A stretch of DNA of 8,480 nucleotides from a virus (IMGVR_UViG_648276668_000009:1-8480), one strand, 5' to 3'; counted from the first letter of the stretch, positions 1 through 8,363 are shown. A program made the numbers and translations. The notes: generated by a model from the sequence alone, not told the origin.

Positions 1-56
1 ACACCGTTTCGTTACCGGACAGTGCGATCCCGCCAGGCTTCAGGGGGTAACTGACC

Positions 57-803
57 ATGAAAAATATTGCGACAGGCGGCGTTCTTGAACGTATCCGCAG
101 ACTGGCTCCGTCACATGTAACCGCGCCATTCAAGACGGTGGCGGAGTGGCGTGAGTGGCAACTTTCCGAAGGCCAGAAACGTTGTGAGGAGATCAACCGT
201 CAGAATCGTCAGTTGCGGGTGGAAAAAATTCTGAATCGCTCTGGCATCCAGCCATTGCACCGCAAATGCTCGTTTTCGAATTACCAGGTGCAGAACGACG
301 GTCAGCGATACGCGTTGAGCCAGGCGAAATTCATCGCCGATGAACTGATGGTCGGGTGTACAAATTTTGCGTTCAGTGGAAAACCTGGTACCGGAAAAAA
401 CCATCTGGCGGCGGCTATCGGGAATCGCCTGCTGAAAGACGGTCAGACAGTGATTGTGGTTACCGTGGCTGATGTTATGAGCGCCCTGCACGCCAGCTAT
501 GACGACGGGCAGTCAGGCGAAAAATTTTTGCGGGAACTGTGCGAAGTTGATCTGCTGGTTCTTGATGAAATTGGTATTCAGCGCGAGACGAAAAACGAGC
601 AGGTGGTACTGCACCAGATTGTTGATCGCCGGACAGCGTCGATGCGCGGCGTGGGAATGCTGACAAACCTGAACTATGAGGCCATGAAAACATTGCTCGG
701 CGCGCGGATTATGGATCGCATGACCATGAACGGCGGACGCTGGGTGAATTTTAACTGGGAGAGCTGGCGTCCGAATGTCGTCCAGCCAGGAATTGCGAAG
801 TAA
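57..803 (+). CDS. ydaV: DnaC-like replicative helicase loader (IstB-like AAA+ ATPase), phage replication protein
   Basis: Seen: 248-aa ORF, ATG at 57 preceded by GGGGG (44-48). Walker A '[15 protein letters not shown]' and Walker B 'DLLVLDEIG' in DnaC/IstB arrangement. From memory it closely resembles Rac prophage YdaV; the symbol is recalled, not verified. Confidence 0.85.
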   Translation: MKNIATGGVLERIRRLAPSHVTAPFKTVAEWREWQLSEGQKRCEEINRQNRQLRVEKILNRSGIQPLHRKCSFSNYQVQNDGQRYALSQAKFIADELMVGCTNFAFSGKPGTGKNHLAAAIGNRLLKDGQTVIVVTVADVMSALHASYDDGQSGEKFLRELCEVDLLVLDEIGIQRETKNEQVVLHQIVDRRTASMRGVGMLTNLNYEAMKTLLGARIMDRMTMNGGRWVNFNWESWRPNVVQPGIAK

Positions 804-825
804 TTTTTACCGGGAGAAAAATTTA

Positions 826-1587
826 ATGGAGACTGTTTTTGACGCACTGAAAGCAATGGGAATAGCCACATCCATAGAACTTGCTGCGCGACTTGATATC
901 AGTCGTGAAGAAGTGCTGAACGAACTATGGGAACTGAAAAAGGCTGGTTTTGTTGATAAAAGCGCGTACACCTGGCGTGTGGCTGATAACAACGTTCAGC
1001 AGGAACAGCCAGCGCAGGCAGAACTGCCGGAAGAAACCACCACAGCAACAGTAGCGAAAATCTCAGAGTGCGATTTAACCGCGACGATTGAACAACGCGG
1101 ACCACAAACGGCTGATGAGCTGGCTACATTGTTTGGTACCACATCACGCAAAGTGGCTTCAACGCTGGCAATGGCAATCAGCAAAGGTCGTCTGATTCGC
1201 GTAAATCAGGGCGGTAAATTTCGTTACTGCATACCGGGCGATAATTTACCAGCAGAGCCGAAAGCAGCATCGGTAGCGGAAACTGATGGTAAGGCCTTTC
1301 CTCAGACCGCAGGTGTCGCGTTACCAGTACAGGAGGCTGCAACACAGGAAGAAATTAAAACAGATACTATGGGGGACATTGTGCAGTCACTACCATCGTT
1401 CACTGAAACGCGAGCCAATGACCTGATTTTACCATCGCTGCATATGGCAAACCGCGAACTGCGCCGGGCGAAAAGTCATGTCCAGAAGTGGGAGCGAGTC
1501 TGCGCCGCGCTGCGTGAGCTGAACAAGCACCAGGATATTGTTCGACAGATTACGGATTCTTACCGCCGTGTTGCATCGGAAAAGTGA
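826..1587 (+). CDS. Prophage DNA-binding protein with two tandem winged-helix-like repeats (DUF1627-like, YdaW-like position)
   Basis: Seen: ORF track frame 775-1587; I prefer ATG at 826 (METVF...) because GGAGA at 813-817 sits 8 nt upstream and 775-825 overlaps the preceding gene. Two similar segments, '[32 protein letters not shown]' and '[33 protein letters not shown]', suggest duplicated wHTH domains. Family assignment is from memory. Confidence 0.6.
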   Translation: METVFDALKAMGIATSIELAARLDISREEVLNELWELKKAGFVDKSAYTWRVADNNVQQEQPAQAELPEETTTATVAKISECDLTATIEQRGPQTADELATLFGTTSRKVASTLAMAISKGRLIRVNQGGKFRYCIPGDNLPAEPKAASVAETDGKAFPQTAGVALPVQEAATQEEIKTDTMGDIVQSLPSFTETRANDLILPSLHMANRELRRAKSHVQKWERVCAALRELNKHQDIVRQITDSYRRVASEK

Positions 1588-1602
1588 TTGCCGGAGGCGC
1601 TT

Positions 1603-2025
1603 ATGGCAAAAGTATTTACACAAGAAGAGCGGGAAAAAATTAAAGGGCAGGTGGTTGAACTCGTGCGCCAGAGCGGTCGTGAGATGTTACGGCAACTGGA
1701 AGCTAAAACAGGCGCGACAAGATATCTGATGAGTGTTCTCGCCAGAGAGCTGGTTGCCAGTGGCGATGTATATAACTCCGGCTACGGGTTATTCCCGTCA
1801 GAACAGGCTCGTAAGGATTGGCAAAATGCCCGCAAAAAACTATCCAGGGCAAAGGTGAAGAAACCATCTGTGGTTGATCCTGACCTTATCTGGTCATTAC
1901 CTGACGGAGAAATACGTCGCTACGACAGGAGTATGAACATAATCTGTCACGAGTGCCGGAAGAGTGAAGTTATGCAGCGTGTATTAGCATTTTATCAGGG
2001 AAATGTTCGGTATTTATTGAAGTGA
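1603..2025 (+). CDS. Hypothetical prophage protein (about 140 aa), function unknown
   Basis: Seen: ORF frame 1588-2025; ATG at 1603 preferred, with GGAGG at 1593-1597 and a 5-nt spacer, just after the upstream stop at 1585-1587. Basic C-terminal half with a CxxC motif. E. coli-like codon usage and GC. Confidence 0.55.
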   Translation: MAKVFTQEEREKIKGQVVELVRQSGREMLRQLEAKTGATRYLMSVLARELVASGDVYNSGYGLFPSEQARKDWQNARKKLSRAKVKKPSVVDPDLIWSLPDGEIRRYDRSMNIICHECRKSEVMQRVLAFYQGNVRYLLK

Positions 2026-2243
2026 TGATATTAGAGTGGATCAGTTCATATGAGAATTGACATTTCTGCGTCATAGAGTGAACCACTAGTGGGGCTATTA
2101 GTTTTATCCCTCAAGCCGAAGTTGAAAATCTGACCATACGTTTATCTTAAGAAAGTATTTCACCTCTAATCGCCAACCAAAAATCTTGTTAAATTTCGCG
2201 CCGTTTAGAGGTGAGGTTAATAGATTTTGATTACCTGACCACC

Positions 2244-3122
2244 CTAGAGTGTAGATATAAAACGTTGATAGTGCCTAAGCACCTTAGAAGACATAAATAA
2301 ATTTGGGTTAGTCATGAAGCAAGTCATGGCAATATTTTTTAATGCATTAAAATCAATATTGCTCTTGGCATTAGAGTGTTTTTTGCTCATTGTGAGTGTT
2401 AATTTAAGCACTAAATACTCCAAAAAATGGCCCTGGATTATAGAGAAACTTTCGAACTTGTTATTTTTGATATAATCAATTGCTTCCTCCTTGGTCACTA
2501 TTCCATTAGCTTTTTGCACTAAACGTTCAAATTCTATTTTGGAAATGCAGTGTGGGAGTGATGTATCAACATTGATTCCAAGTTTTCCTCCTTTGTCCGA
2601 TATCTTAAATAAAAAACTTCCTTTTTTTAACATCAATATGTTAAGCTTATAAAGTAGTGATAATCTTCTTACACTTTTGCGAAGTGTTTTTATCAAATCA
2701 TCATTCGCGGAAGCATTATTCATTGTAAGTAATGAAATCAAGTGCACACATAATTTTTTGCTCCAGAAATCATTTTCCCAACTGTATCCTTTAGTGAAAA
2801 AAATATTTCTAGAATTAATTCTATTTCCAAGTATATCTACATAGTCCCTGTCGACAATAACAAATTGATTACCTATGTTTTCAGCGACTATTTTGTCATG
2901 GTAATTAAGAGCATCTCTTTTGCTTCCTGCAATGTTAATTTTTACTTTTTTGCTAGAAAAAATATTAAACAGCGTTCTATAGAACTTTATGTCGTAGAGA
3001 TCATTATCTGGAGTGGCCGCTTCAGTTAAATCACTCACTTTCCCCTCAATGTAAATGATTAGATCTACATCATGGAAATGATGAATGGATGACAAACCAC
3101 TATTAGTCCTTGTAAAGGTCAT
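2244..3122 (-). CDS. TOPRIM/DUF4435-like nuclease effector, candidate AriB-like partner
   Basis: Seen: 292-aa ORF, ATG at 3120-3122 overlapping the upstream stop; GAGGA SD inside the upstream gene's 3' end. N-terminal '..DLIIYIEGKVSD..' (Glu26) and 'FVIVDRDY' (D91-x-D93) fit a TOPRIM Glu + DxD signature. Size, order and coupling to the ATPase match AriA-AriB as I recall it. Confidence 0.7.
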   Translation of the reverse strand: MTFTRTNSGLSSIHHFHDVDLIIYIEGKVSDLTEAATPDNDLYDIKFYRTLFNIFSSKKVKINIAGSKRDALNYHDKIVAENIGNQFVIVDRDYVDILGNRINSRNIFFTKGYSWENDFWSKKLCVHLISLLTMNNASANDDLIKTLRKSVRRLSLLYKLNILMLKKGSFLFKISDKGGKLGINVDTSLPHCISKIEFERLVQKANGIVTKEEAIDYIKNNKFESFSIIQGHFLEYLVLKLTLTMSKKHSNAKSNIDFNALKNIAMTCFMTNPNLFMSSKVLRHYQRFISTL

Positions 3123-4402
3123 TTGAGAAATTCCTCTATTTTTATAAGGTATTCTTGTCTTTTTCCTACAATATCAGGAGAGTGTGTTGCAAATATTATT
3201 TGGGCATTTGGGTTTATTTTTGATATTGATTCTATTAGCCCCTCTTGCCAGTTTACATGAAGAGATAACTCTGGTTCATCTGCTATGTAGATTGTATGAT
3301 GCATCTCTTGTAATAAAGCCTCGCCAAGTATTATTATCATTTGTTTCTCGCCGGATGAAAGGTCTTTTAAAACAACAGATCTCCCATCACGATTTCTTAT
3401 TGATAGTTCATTCTCTTCAGAAACAAAAAAGGTTTTCCTTCCATCAAATAATGTGTTTAGCAATTCAATAAAGTTATCTCTCGGACTGAATATTACTAAT
3501 TTGCTGTTCTGTAATGAACCATATGCACTTACCAACTCATGAGCTCTAATAGAATTAAATAAGACCATGAATTCATCAAAGGAAAGTTCTTCACTGGAAT
3601 CTCTTTTTTTGAGTATGTGCTCAACTCTTTGATAGAGTTCGTTTATTTTTCTGTCATATCTACGCTTTTCTAAGCCTAAAGTTCTAAATACATCACTTAA
3701 AGTTGACTTATCTTCATCAACATTTATTGCTATTGAATTGGTCGGCGAAATGCCTTTATTATCAATGACCGATAAAAAAACGTTTTTTTGAAAATCAATT
3801 GTTTGCTCTGCAAACCTTTGGTCTAGTAAAGAAAAATAGCGAACCATCTTGTTGTTTAATTCAAAAAGCTTAACATCGATAAGCGAGTTGTTTTTGTAGT
3901 TGCCTGCGTTATCATTTGAGAAATTATCTGCTCTGTGGACTGATAGCCACGATAGTTTAAACATTTCTGAAAATATTACATTCAATTCTCTAGAATGCAA
4001 TATATGATTTTTTATATACAGTTTTTTTTCATCGTCGTAATATCTACGAGGAGATTTATTGAACGAGTCGTGAAAAAAATATTCTGCTGGGCTTTGATCT
4101 GTAGTGCTTTTTTTTATAATGTACTTTATGACATTATTACTAATGTCCACTCCTTGTTTGTATACTTCAATTATAGGTTTTTTATTCTTCCCAACTTCTT
4201 TCATTACAATTCTAGCTGAAATGAAATCAATTCTATCTATTTTCTCTATATCACACATTAAAATAGCGGATATGAGGTCAATAATAGTTGTTTTGCCTGT
4301 ACCATTGACACCTATGATGAAATTGAAGTTTTCATTTACTTTAATATTAACATCCTTTTTTCCCCAAAGCCCCTGGATAGCAATGCTGCTGACTATGTTC
4401 AC
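3119..4402 (-). CDS. ABC/OLD-family ATPase, candidate AriA-like sensor of a PARIS-like anti-phage system
   Basis: Seen: 427-aa ORF with GTG start at 4402 and AGGA SD (rc of 4410-4413) 7 nt upstream. N-terminal Walker A 'GVNGTGKT' (aa 31-38); C-terminal ABC-signature-like 'LSSGEKQ', Walker B 'IYIADEPE' and H-loop-like 'ATHSP'. Strongly AT-rich relative to flanks. Stop overlaps the next gene's start by 4 bp (ATGA). Confidence 0.8.
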   Translation of the reverse strand: MNIVSSIAIQGLWGKKDVNIKVNENFNFIIGVNGTGKTTIIDLISAILMCDIEKIDRIDFISARIVMKEVGKNKKPIIEVYKQGVDISNNVIKYIIKKSTTDQSPAEYFFHDSFNKSPRRYYDDEKKLYIKNHILHSRELNVIFSEMFKLSWLSVHRADNFSNDNAGNYKNNSLIDVKLFELNNKMVRYFSLLDQRFAEQTIDFQKNVFLSVIDNKGISPTNSIAINVDEDKSTLSDVFRTLGLEKRRYDRKINELYQRVEHILKKRDSSEELSFDEFMVLFNSIRAHELVSAYGSLQNSKLVIFSPRDNFIELLNTLFDGRKTFFVSEENELSIRNRDGRSVVLKDLSSGEKQMIIILGEALLQEMHHTIYIADEPELSLHVNWQEGLIESISKINPNAQIIFATHSPDIVGKRQEYLIKIEEFLK

Positions 4403-4893
4403 ATTATTTTCCTTGTTTTATAAATGCAGTGATGAATGTGATTTATTCATTTTCGGTTTGAGACTTTTATCAGTTGCATAATTTAAACAATAAACAATAA
4501 CTTTACAAGCACTTAACATAATTTGGTGGAAATATTAGGCGGTTAGATTTCAATTAACAATTAACCTGACGGTAACATCATGATATTGTTGACTTTTGGA
4601 GGTGGGGGGTATCAGAGGCCTGTCTATCTCATTGCTCCATTATAATCAAACGTTTGTTAGTTAGATCGTTATCTACTTTTGCTCATCACTCAAAGCGGAT
4701 TGTCAAAGCTAAATGCACACTGCCTACACAAAGTGTTGGCTTGCGTCTGACTTAGCGTCTTTAAAGAAGTGCTGGTGGTGACGGGTTGTTGTGTCCCATT
4801 TCCACAGAAAAATCAGAGAAACTATAGCGGCTGTAATGGCAATTTATTGTCTTGCTGTTGTTCTTATGGACCGCCTTTCTGATTGATTTCATA

Positions 4894-4922
4894 TTGGCGA
4901 GGTAACGGGAGTTAAGTAGAAT
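4894..4922 (+). promoter_or_regulatory. Candidate hok/mok mRNA promoter (-35 TTGGCG, 17-bp spacer, -10 TAGAAT)
   Basis: Seen: TTGGCG at 4894-4899 and TAGAAT at 4917-4922. Predicted transcript start near 4930 ('GGTGCTTGAGGCTGTCTGCCTC') resembles the 5' end of plasmid R1 hok mRNA as I remember it. Confidence 0.35.
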
Positions 4923-4984
4923 GGCTGCGGGTGCTTGAGGCTGTCTGCCTCGGGCATGAACACCAAAGGCAGATAGAGAAAAGC

Positions 4985-5049
4985 CCCAGTTAACATTATG
5001 CGTCCTGCAAGACGCTTAACATTAATCTGAGGCCACATCTATGCTTTGC
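4985..5049 (-). ncRNA. sok: Candidate Sok-like antisense RNA (antitoxin) covering the mok start region
   Basis: Inferred from the minus-strand promoter at 5056-5085 and analogy to R1 sok (about 64 nt, antisense to the mok translation initiation region). The 3' end is approximate. Confidence 0.4.
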
Positions 5050-5247
5050 ATACGTAGATTAGCCTCTTACGGACCGAAAGGTCAAGGAGAAGCAGGCTAT
5101 GAAGCAGCAAAAGGCGATGTTAATCGCCTTGATCGTCATCTGTTTAACCGTCATAGTGACGGCACTGGTAACGAGGAAAGACCTCTGCGAGGTACGAATC
5201 CGAACCGGCCAGACGGAGGTCGCTGTCTTCGTAGACTACGAATCTAG
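5041..5247 (+). CDS. mok: mok-like overlapping reading frame (modulator of hok translation)
   Basis: Seen: 68-codon ORF starting 58 nt upstream of hok, overlapping it in another frame and ending just before the hok stop. This is the mok/hok arrangement of R1-type loci. Functional translation not provable from sequence. Confidence 0.4.
   Translation: MLCIRRLASYGPKGQGEAGYEAAKGDVNRLDRHLFNRHSDGTGNEERPLRGTNPNRPDGGRCLRRLRI
5056..5085 (-). promoter_or_regulatory. Candidate Psok promoter (minus strand: -35 TTGACC, 18-bp spacer, -10 TAATCT)
   Basis: Seen: rc of 5080-5085 is TTGACC and rc of 5056-5061 is TAATCT. It points leftward across the mok start codon at 5041, as the R1 sok promoter does. Confidence 0.4.
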
Positions 5248-5254
5248 AGAGTAA
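5099..5254 (+). CDS. hok: Hok/Gef-family membrane toxin (type I toxin), HokD/RelF-like
   Basis: Seen: 51-codon ORF, hand-translated as MKQQKAMLIALIVICLTVIVTALVTRKDLCEVRIRTGQTEVAVFVDYESRE, stop TAA at 5252-5254. Hydrophobic N-terminal transmembrane segment and conserved 'RKxLCEV/IR' core typical of Hok. Absent from the ORF track only because it is short. Confidence 0.85.
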   Translation: MKQQKAMLIALIVICLTVIVTALVTRKDLCEVRIRTGQTEVAVFVDYESRE

Positions 5255-5263
5255 GAGTGACCA

Positions 5264-5285
5264 GGCGAGGGATTTCTCCCTCGCC
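5264..5285 (+). promoter_or_regulatory. Stable hairpin in hok 3' UTR (9-bp stem GGCGAGGGA / TCCCTCGCC, loop TTTC), possible fbi-like fold-back element
   Basis: Seen: perfect 9-bp inverted repeat at 5264-5272 and 5277-5285, just after the hok stop. R1-type hok mRNAs carry a 3' fold-back inhibitory element. Confidence 0.4.
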
Positions 5286-5326
5286 ACCTCTGATGAGTCA
5301 GGCATCCTCAATGTACCCACACTTAA

Positions 5327-5349
5327 CCCGCTTCGGCGGGTATATTTTA
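5327..5349 (+). terminator. Rho-independent terminator of hok mRNA
   Basis: Seen: CCCGC-TTCG-GCGGG hairpin (5327-5340) followed by the T-rich run TATATTTTAT. Confidence 0.55.
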
Positions 5350-5722
5350 TCTGTGAATATTTTTATAAAAATAATGCCCACGCACAGCATAAAACAAAAA
5401 GTATTACAGATAAAAAAGGAACGTAATGTGCAGATTTGTTGTTTTCCATATTTACTCACCTTAATATGATTAACACTGATAGGGTTGTTATTTCAGCGGT
5501 TTTCAAATGAGATATTATGGTGATCTGACAAATTTGCATAACATTAAAATTTAATTTGTTTAACCGCTTTTAATAATAAGCGTTGTTTGTATCCCAGCAA
5601 TCTGTTGTTTGGTTTTTATTCCATTAAGGTGGGGGCTTTACACTGGAACCAGTTTATTTATACTTTATACGTCAGCCTGAACAACTGGCATCTGCTGCAC
5701 TGCGCCATCGAGAGATTGAGAA

Positions 5723-6322
5723 ATGGCGCATATACAACTGGTCAAACAAACTTCTTCTGGTTTACTTCTCCCGGCGACGCCGGAGAGTTGCGATTTTCTG
5801 CATCAAATCAAAATAGGTGAGTGGATACACGCAGACTTTAAGCGTGTGCGTAACTACGCATTCCACAAGCGTTTTTTCAAACTCCTGCAACTGGGATTCG
5901 ATTACTGGACTCCGGTCGGTGGGGCGATCACGCCTCGCGAACGAGAACTGCTGTCTGGTTTCGTTGATTACCTGTGCGAATCAGTTGGTCGGGAACACAC
6001 GCCAGCCCTGAGTGATGCCGCAGAGCAATATCTGAATACAGTTGCGACACGCAGAACCCGGGATACGGCATTGCTAAAGTCGTTTGAGACTTTTCGCGAG
6101 TGGGTAACCATTCAGGCTGGATTTTACACCGAACATTTTTATCCGGACGGTAGCCATGGGCGTCGGGCGAAATCCATCGCTTTTGCGAATATGGACGAAA
6201 CCGAGTTTCAGCAGGTTTATAAATCTGTTCTGAATGTGCTGTGGAACTGGATTCTGTTCCGTAAATTTTCCTCTCCGGAACAAGTCGAAAATGTAACCGC
6301 GCAGCTGCTGGAGTTTGCGTAA
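5723..6322 (+). CDS. DUF1367-like prophage nin-region protein (199 aa)
   Basis: Seen: ORF with ATG at 5723 preceded by a GAGA-rich stretch. Its stop overlaps the next start by 1 nt (TAATG at 6319-6324). Sits directly upstream of a YbcO-like gene as in lambdoid nin regions. Family name is from memory. Confidence 0.7.
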   Translation: MAHIQLVKQTSSGLLLPATPESCDFLHQIKIGEWIHADFKRVRNYAFHKRFFKLLQLGFDYWTPVGGAITPRERELLSGFVDYLCESVGREHTPALSDAAEQYLNTVATRRTRDTALLKSFETFREWVTIQAGFYTEHFYPDGSHGRRAKSIAFANMDETEFQQVYKSVLNVLWNWILFRKFSSPEQVENVTAQLLEFA

Positions 6323-6612
6323 TGGTGGATTTACGTAAAGCGGCGCGGGGGCAGATGTGCACCGTCAGAATTCCTGGCTACTGCAATCACGATCCGGAAA
6401 CGTCTGTGCTGGCGCATTACCGACTGGCGGGAACGTGCGGAATAGCGACAAAACCACACGATATGCAGGCGGCGATTGCCTGTAGCTCATGCCACGATCT
6501 AATCGACGGGCGGGTAAAAACCAGCGATTACACCAAAGAAGAATTACGCCTGATGCATGCAGAAGGTGTTTTTCGCACACAAGAAATCTGGAGAAAGGAG
6601 GGATATTTGTGA
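6322..6612 (+). CDS. YbcO-like DUF1364 protein (putative Zn-binding nuclease of lambdoid nin region)
   Basis: Seen: 96-aa ORF 'MVDLRKAARGQMCTVRIPGYCNHDPETSVLAHYRLAGTCGIATKPHDMQAAIACSSCHDLIDGR...' with Cys/His spacing typical of a Zn site. From memory it closely resembles DLP12 YbcO. Confidence 0.8.
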   Translation: MVDLRKAARGQMCTVRIPGYCNHDPETSVLAHYRLAGTCGIATKPHDMQAAIACSSCHDLIDGRVKTSDYTKEELRLMHAEGVFRTQEIWRKEGYL

Positions 6613-7151
6613 TTTACCCAACGAATACAGGAAAAAGCGGAGAACACCTTCGTCTCGCCACGCTGGAAAGTGTCTGGATTCAGGGCAAACTGCGTATGTG
6701 GGGGCGCTGGTCGTATATTGGCGGTGGCAGGTCAGGAAATATGTTCAATCAGTTGTTGGCATCCCAAAAATTGACGAAAACAGCCATCAATGAAGCCCTG
6801 CGCAGAATGAAAAAAGCGGGAATAGAGAAAGCTGAGCTGGAAGCGTTTTTGAGAGAGATGATCAACGGCAAGCAAAAGAGCTGGCTGGCGCATTGTACTG
6901 ATGCAGAGGCGTTATGTATTGATCGAGTCATAAGTGAGGTGCTGGCAGAGCATCCAGGATTGATTTGCATTCTCCGGCAACGCTATGAAGGGCGGGGGAT
7001 GACTAAGCGTAAAATGGCTGAATTGCTACATGATGCACACCCAGAGTGGTGTTTTAGCACATGCGAAAAACGGATTGCTAATTGGTTAGCTGTTGCTGAG
7101 TATGTCCTATATATTCCCATGCGTGAATCATTTGCTGAGAAAATGGCTTGA
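6609..7151 (+). CDS. Putative late-gene antiterminator (Q-like)
   Basis: Seen: GTG at 6609-6611 overlapping the YbcO-like TGA stop (GTGA) with a strong AGGAGG SD at 6595-6600. This start is preferred over the in-frame ATG at 6489, which lies inside the upstream gene. Function is inferred mainly from synteny (hok, DUF1367/DUF1364, then Q, as in Qin), not from a recognised motif. Confidence 0.5.
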   Translation: MIYPTNTGKSGEHLRLATLESVWIQGKLRMWGRWSYIGGGRSGNMFNQLLASQKLTKTAINEALRRMKKAGIEKAELEAFLREMINGKQKSWLAHCTDAEALCIDRVISEVLAEHPGLICILRQRYEGRGMTKRKMAELLHDAHPEWCFSTCEKRIANWLAVAEYVLYIPMRESFAEKMA

Positions 7152-7182
7152 TTTCTTACGTATAAACTGCTTCAATTTCGCT

Positions 7183-7186
7183 ATGC
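7183..7186. repeat. Left copy of 4-bp direct repeat (ATGC) flanking the IS, putative target-site duplication
   Basis: Seen: ATGC immediately left of the IS end (7183-7186) and ATGC immediately right of it (8436-8439). Confidence 0.5.
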
Positions 7187-7194
7187 TGAAGTGG

Positions 7195-8363
<1,169 letters not shown>

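Noticed and set aside
111-871. Minus-strand ORFs 111-491, 475-693 and 674-871 (65-126 aa)
   Set aside because: They lie wholly antisense to the well-supported DnaC-like gene, with no RBS or recognisable motifs; typical shadow ORFs.
807-1729. ORFs 807-992(-), 899-1105(-), 996-1184(-), 1429-1623(-) and 1538-1729(+)
   Set aside because: They overlap the winged-helix gene or the following gene in other frames; no start-site support and low-complexity products.
3184-4481. Plus-strand ORFs 3184-3471, 3995-4219 and 4104-4481 inside the ATPase gene
   Set aside because: Antisense to a motif-rich ATPase CDS. Their products are hydrophobic, low-complexity translations (runs of F/I/L) of the kind expected from chance ORFs in AT-rich DNA.
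4575-4640. Plus-strand TTGACT followed by a G-rich stretch (GGAGGTGGGGGG) and a 21-codon ORF
   Set aside because: No acceptable -10 at the right spacing and no coherent downstream gene; probably chance.
4763-4897. Possible 44-codon minus-strand ORF (MKSIRKAVHK...) between the defence operon and hok
   Set aside because: No convincing Shine-Dalgarno sequence; it overlaps the predicted hok promoter region; too short and unsupported to call.
5257-5469. 70-aa plus-strand ORF immediately after hok
   Set aside because: It spans the hok 3' UTR hairpin and terminator, starts with no SD, and its product is low-complexity; more likely structured untranslated RNA.
5587-6362. ORFs 5587-5820(+), 5817-6011(+), 5928-6362(-) and 6074-6283(-)
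   Set aside because: They overlap the DUF1367-like gene in alternative frames or antisense; no independent support.
6365-6970. ORFs 6365-6580(-), 6557-6793(+) and 6749-6970(-), plus the ATG-6489 extension of the Q-like gene
   Set aside because: These are overlapping-frame ORFs; the 6489 start would overlap the YbcO-like gene by about 120 nt, whereas GTG 6609 has a strong SD and the classic GTGA coupling.
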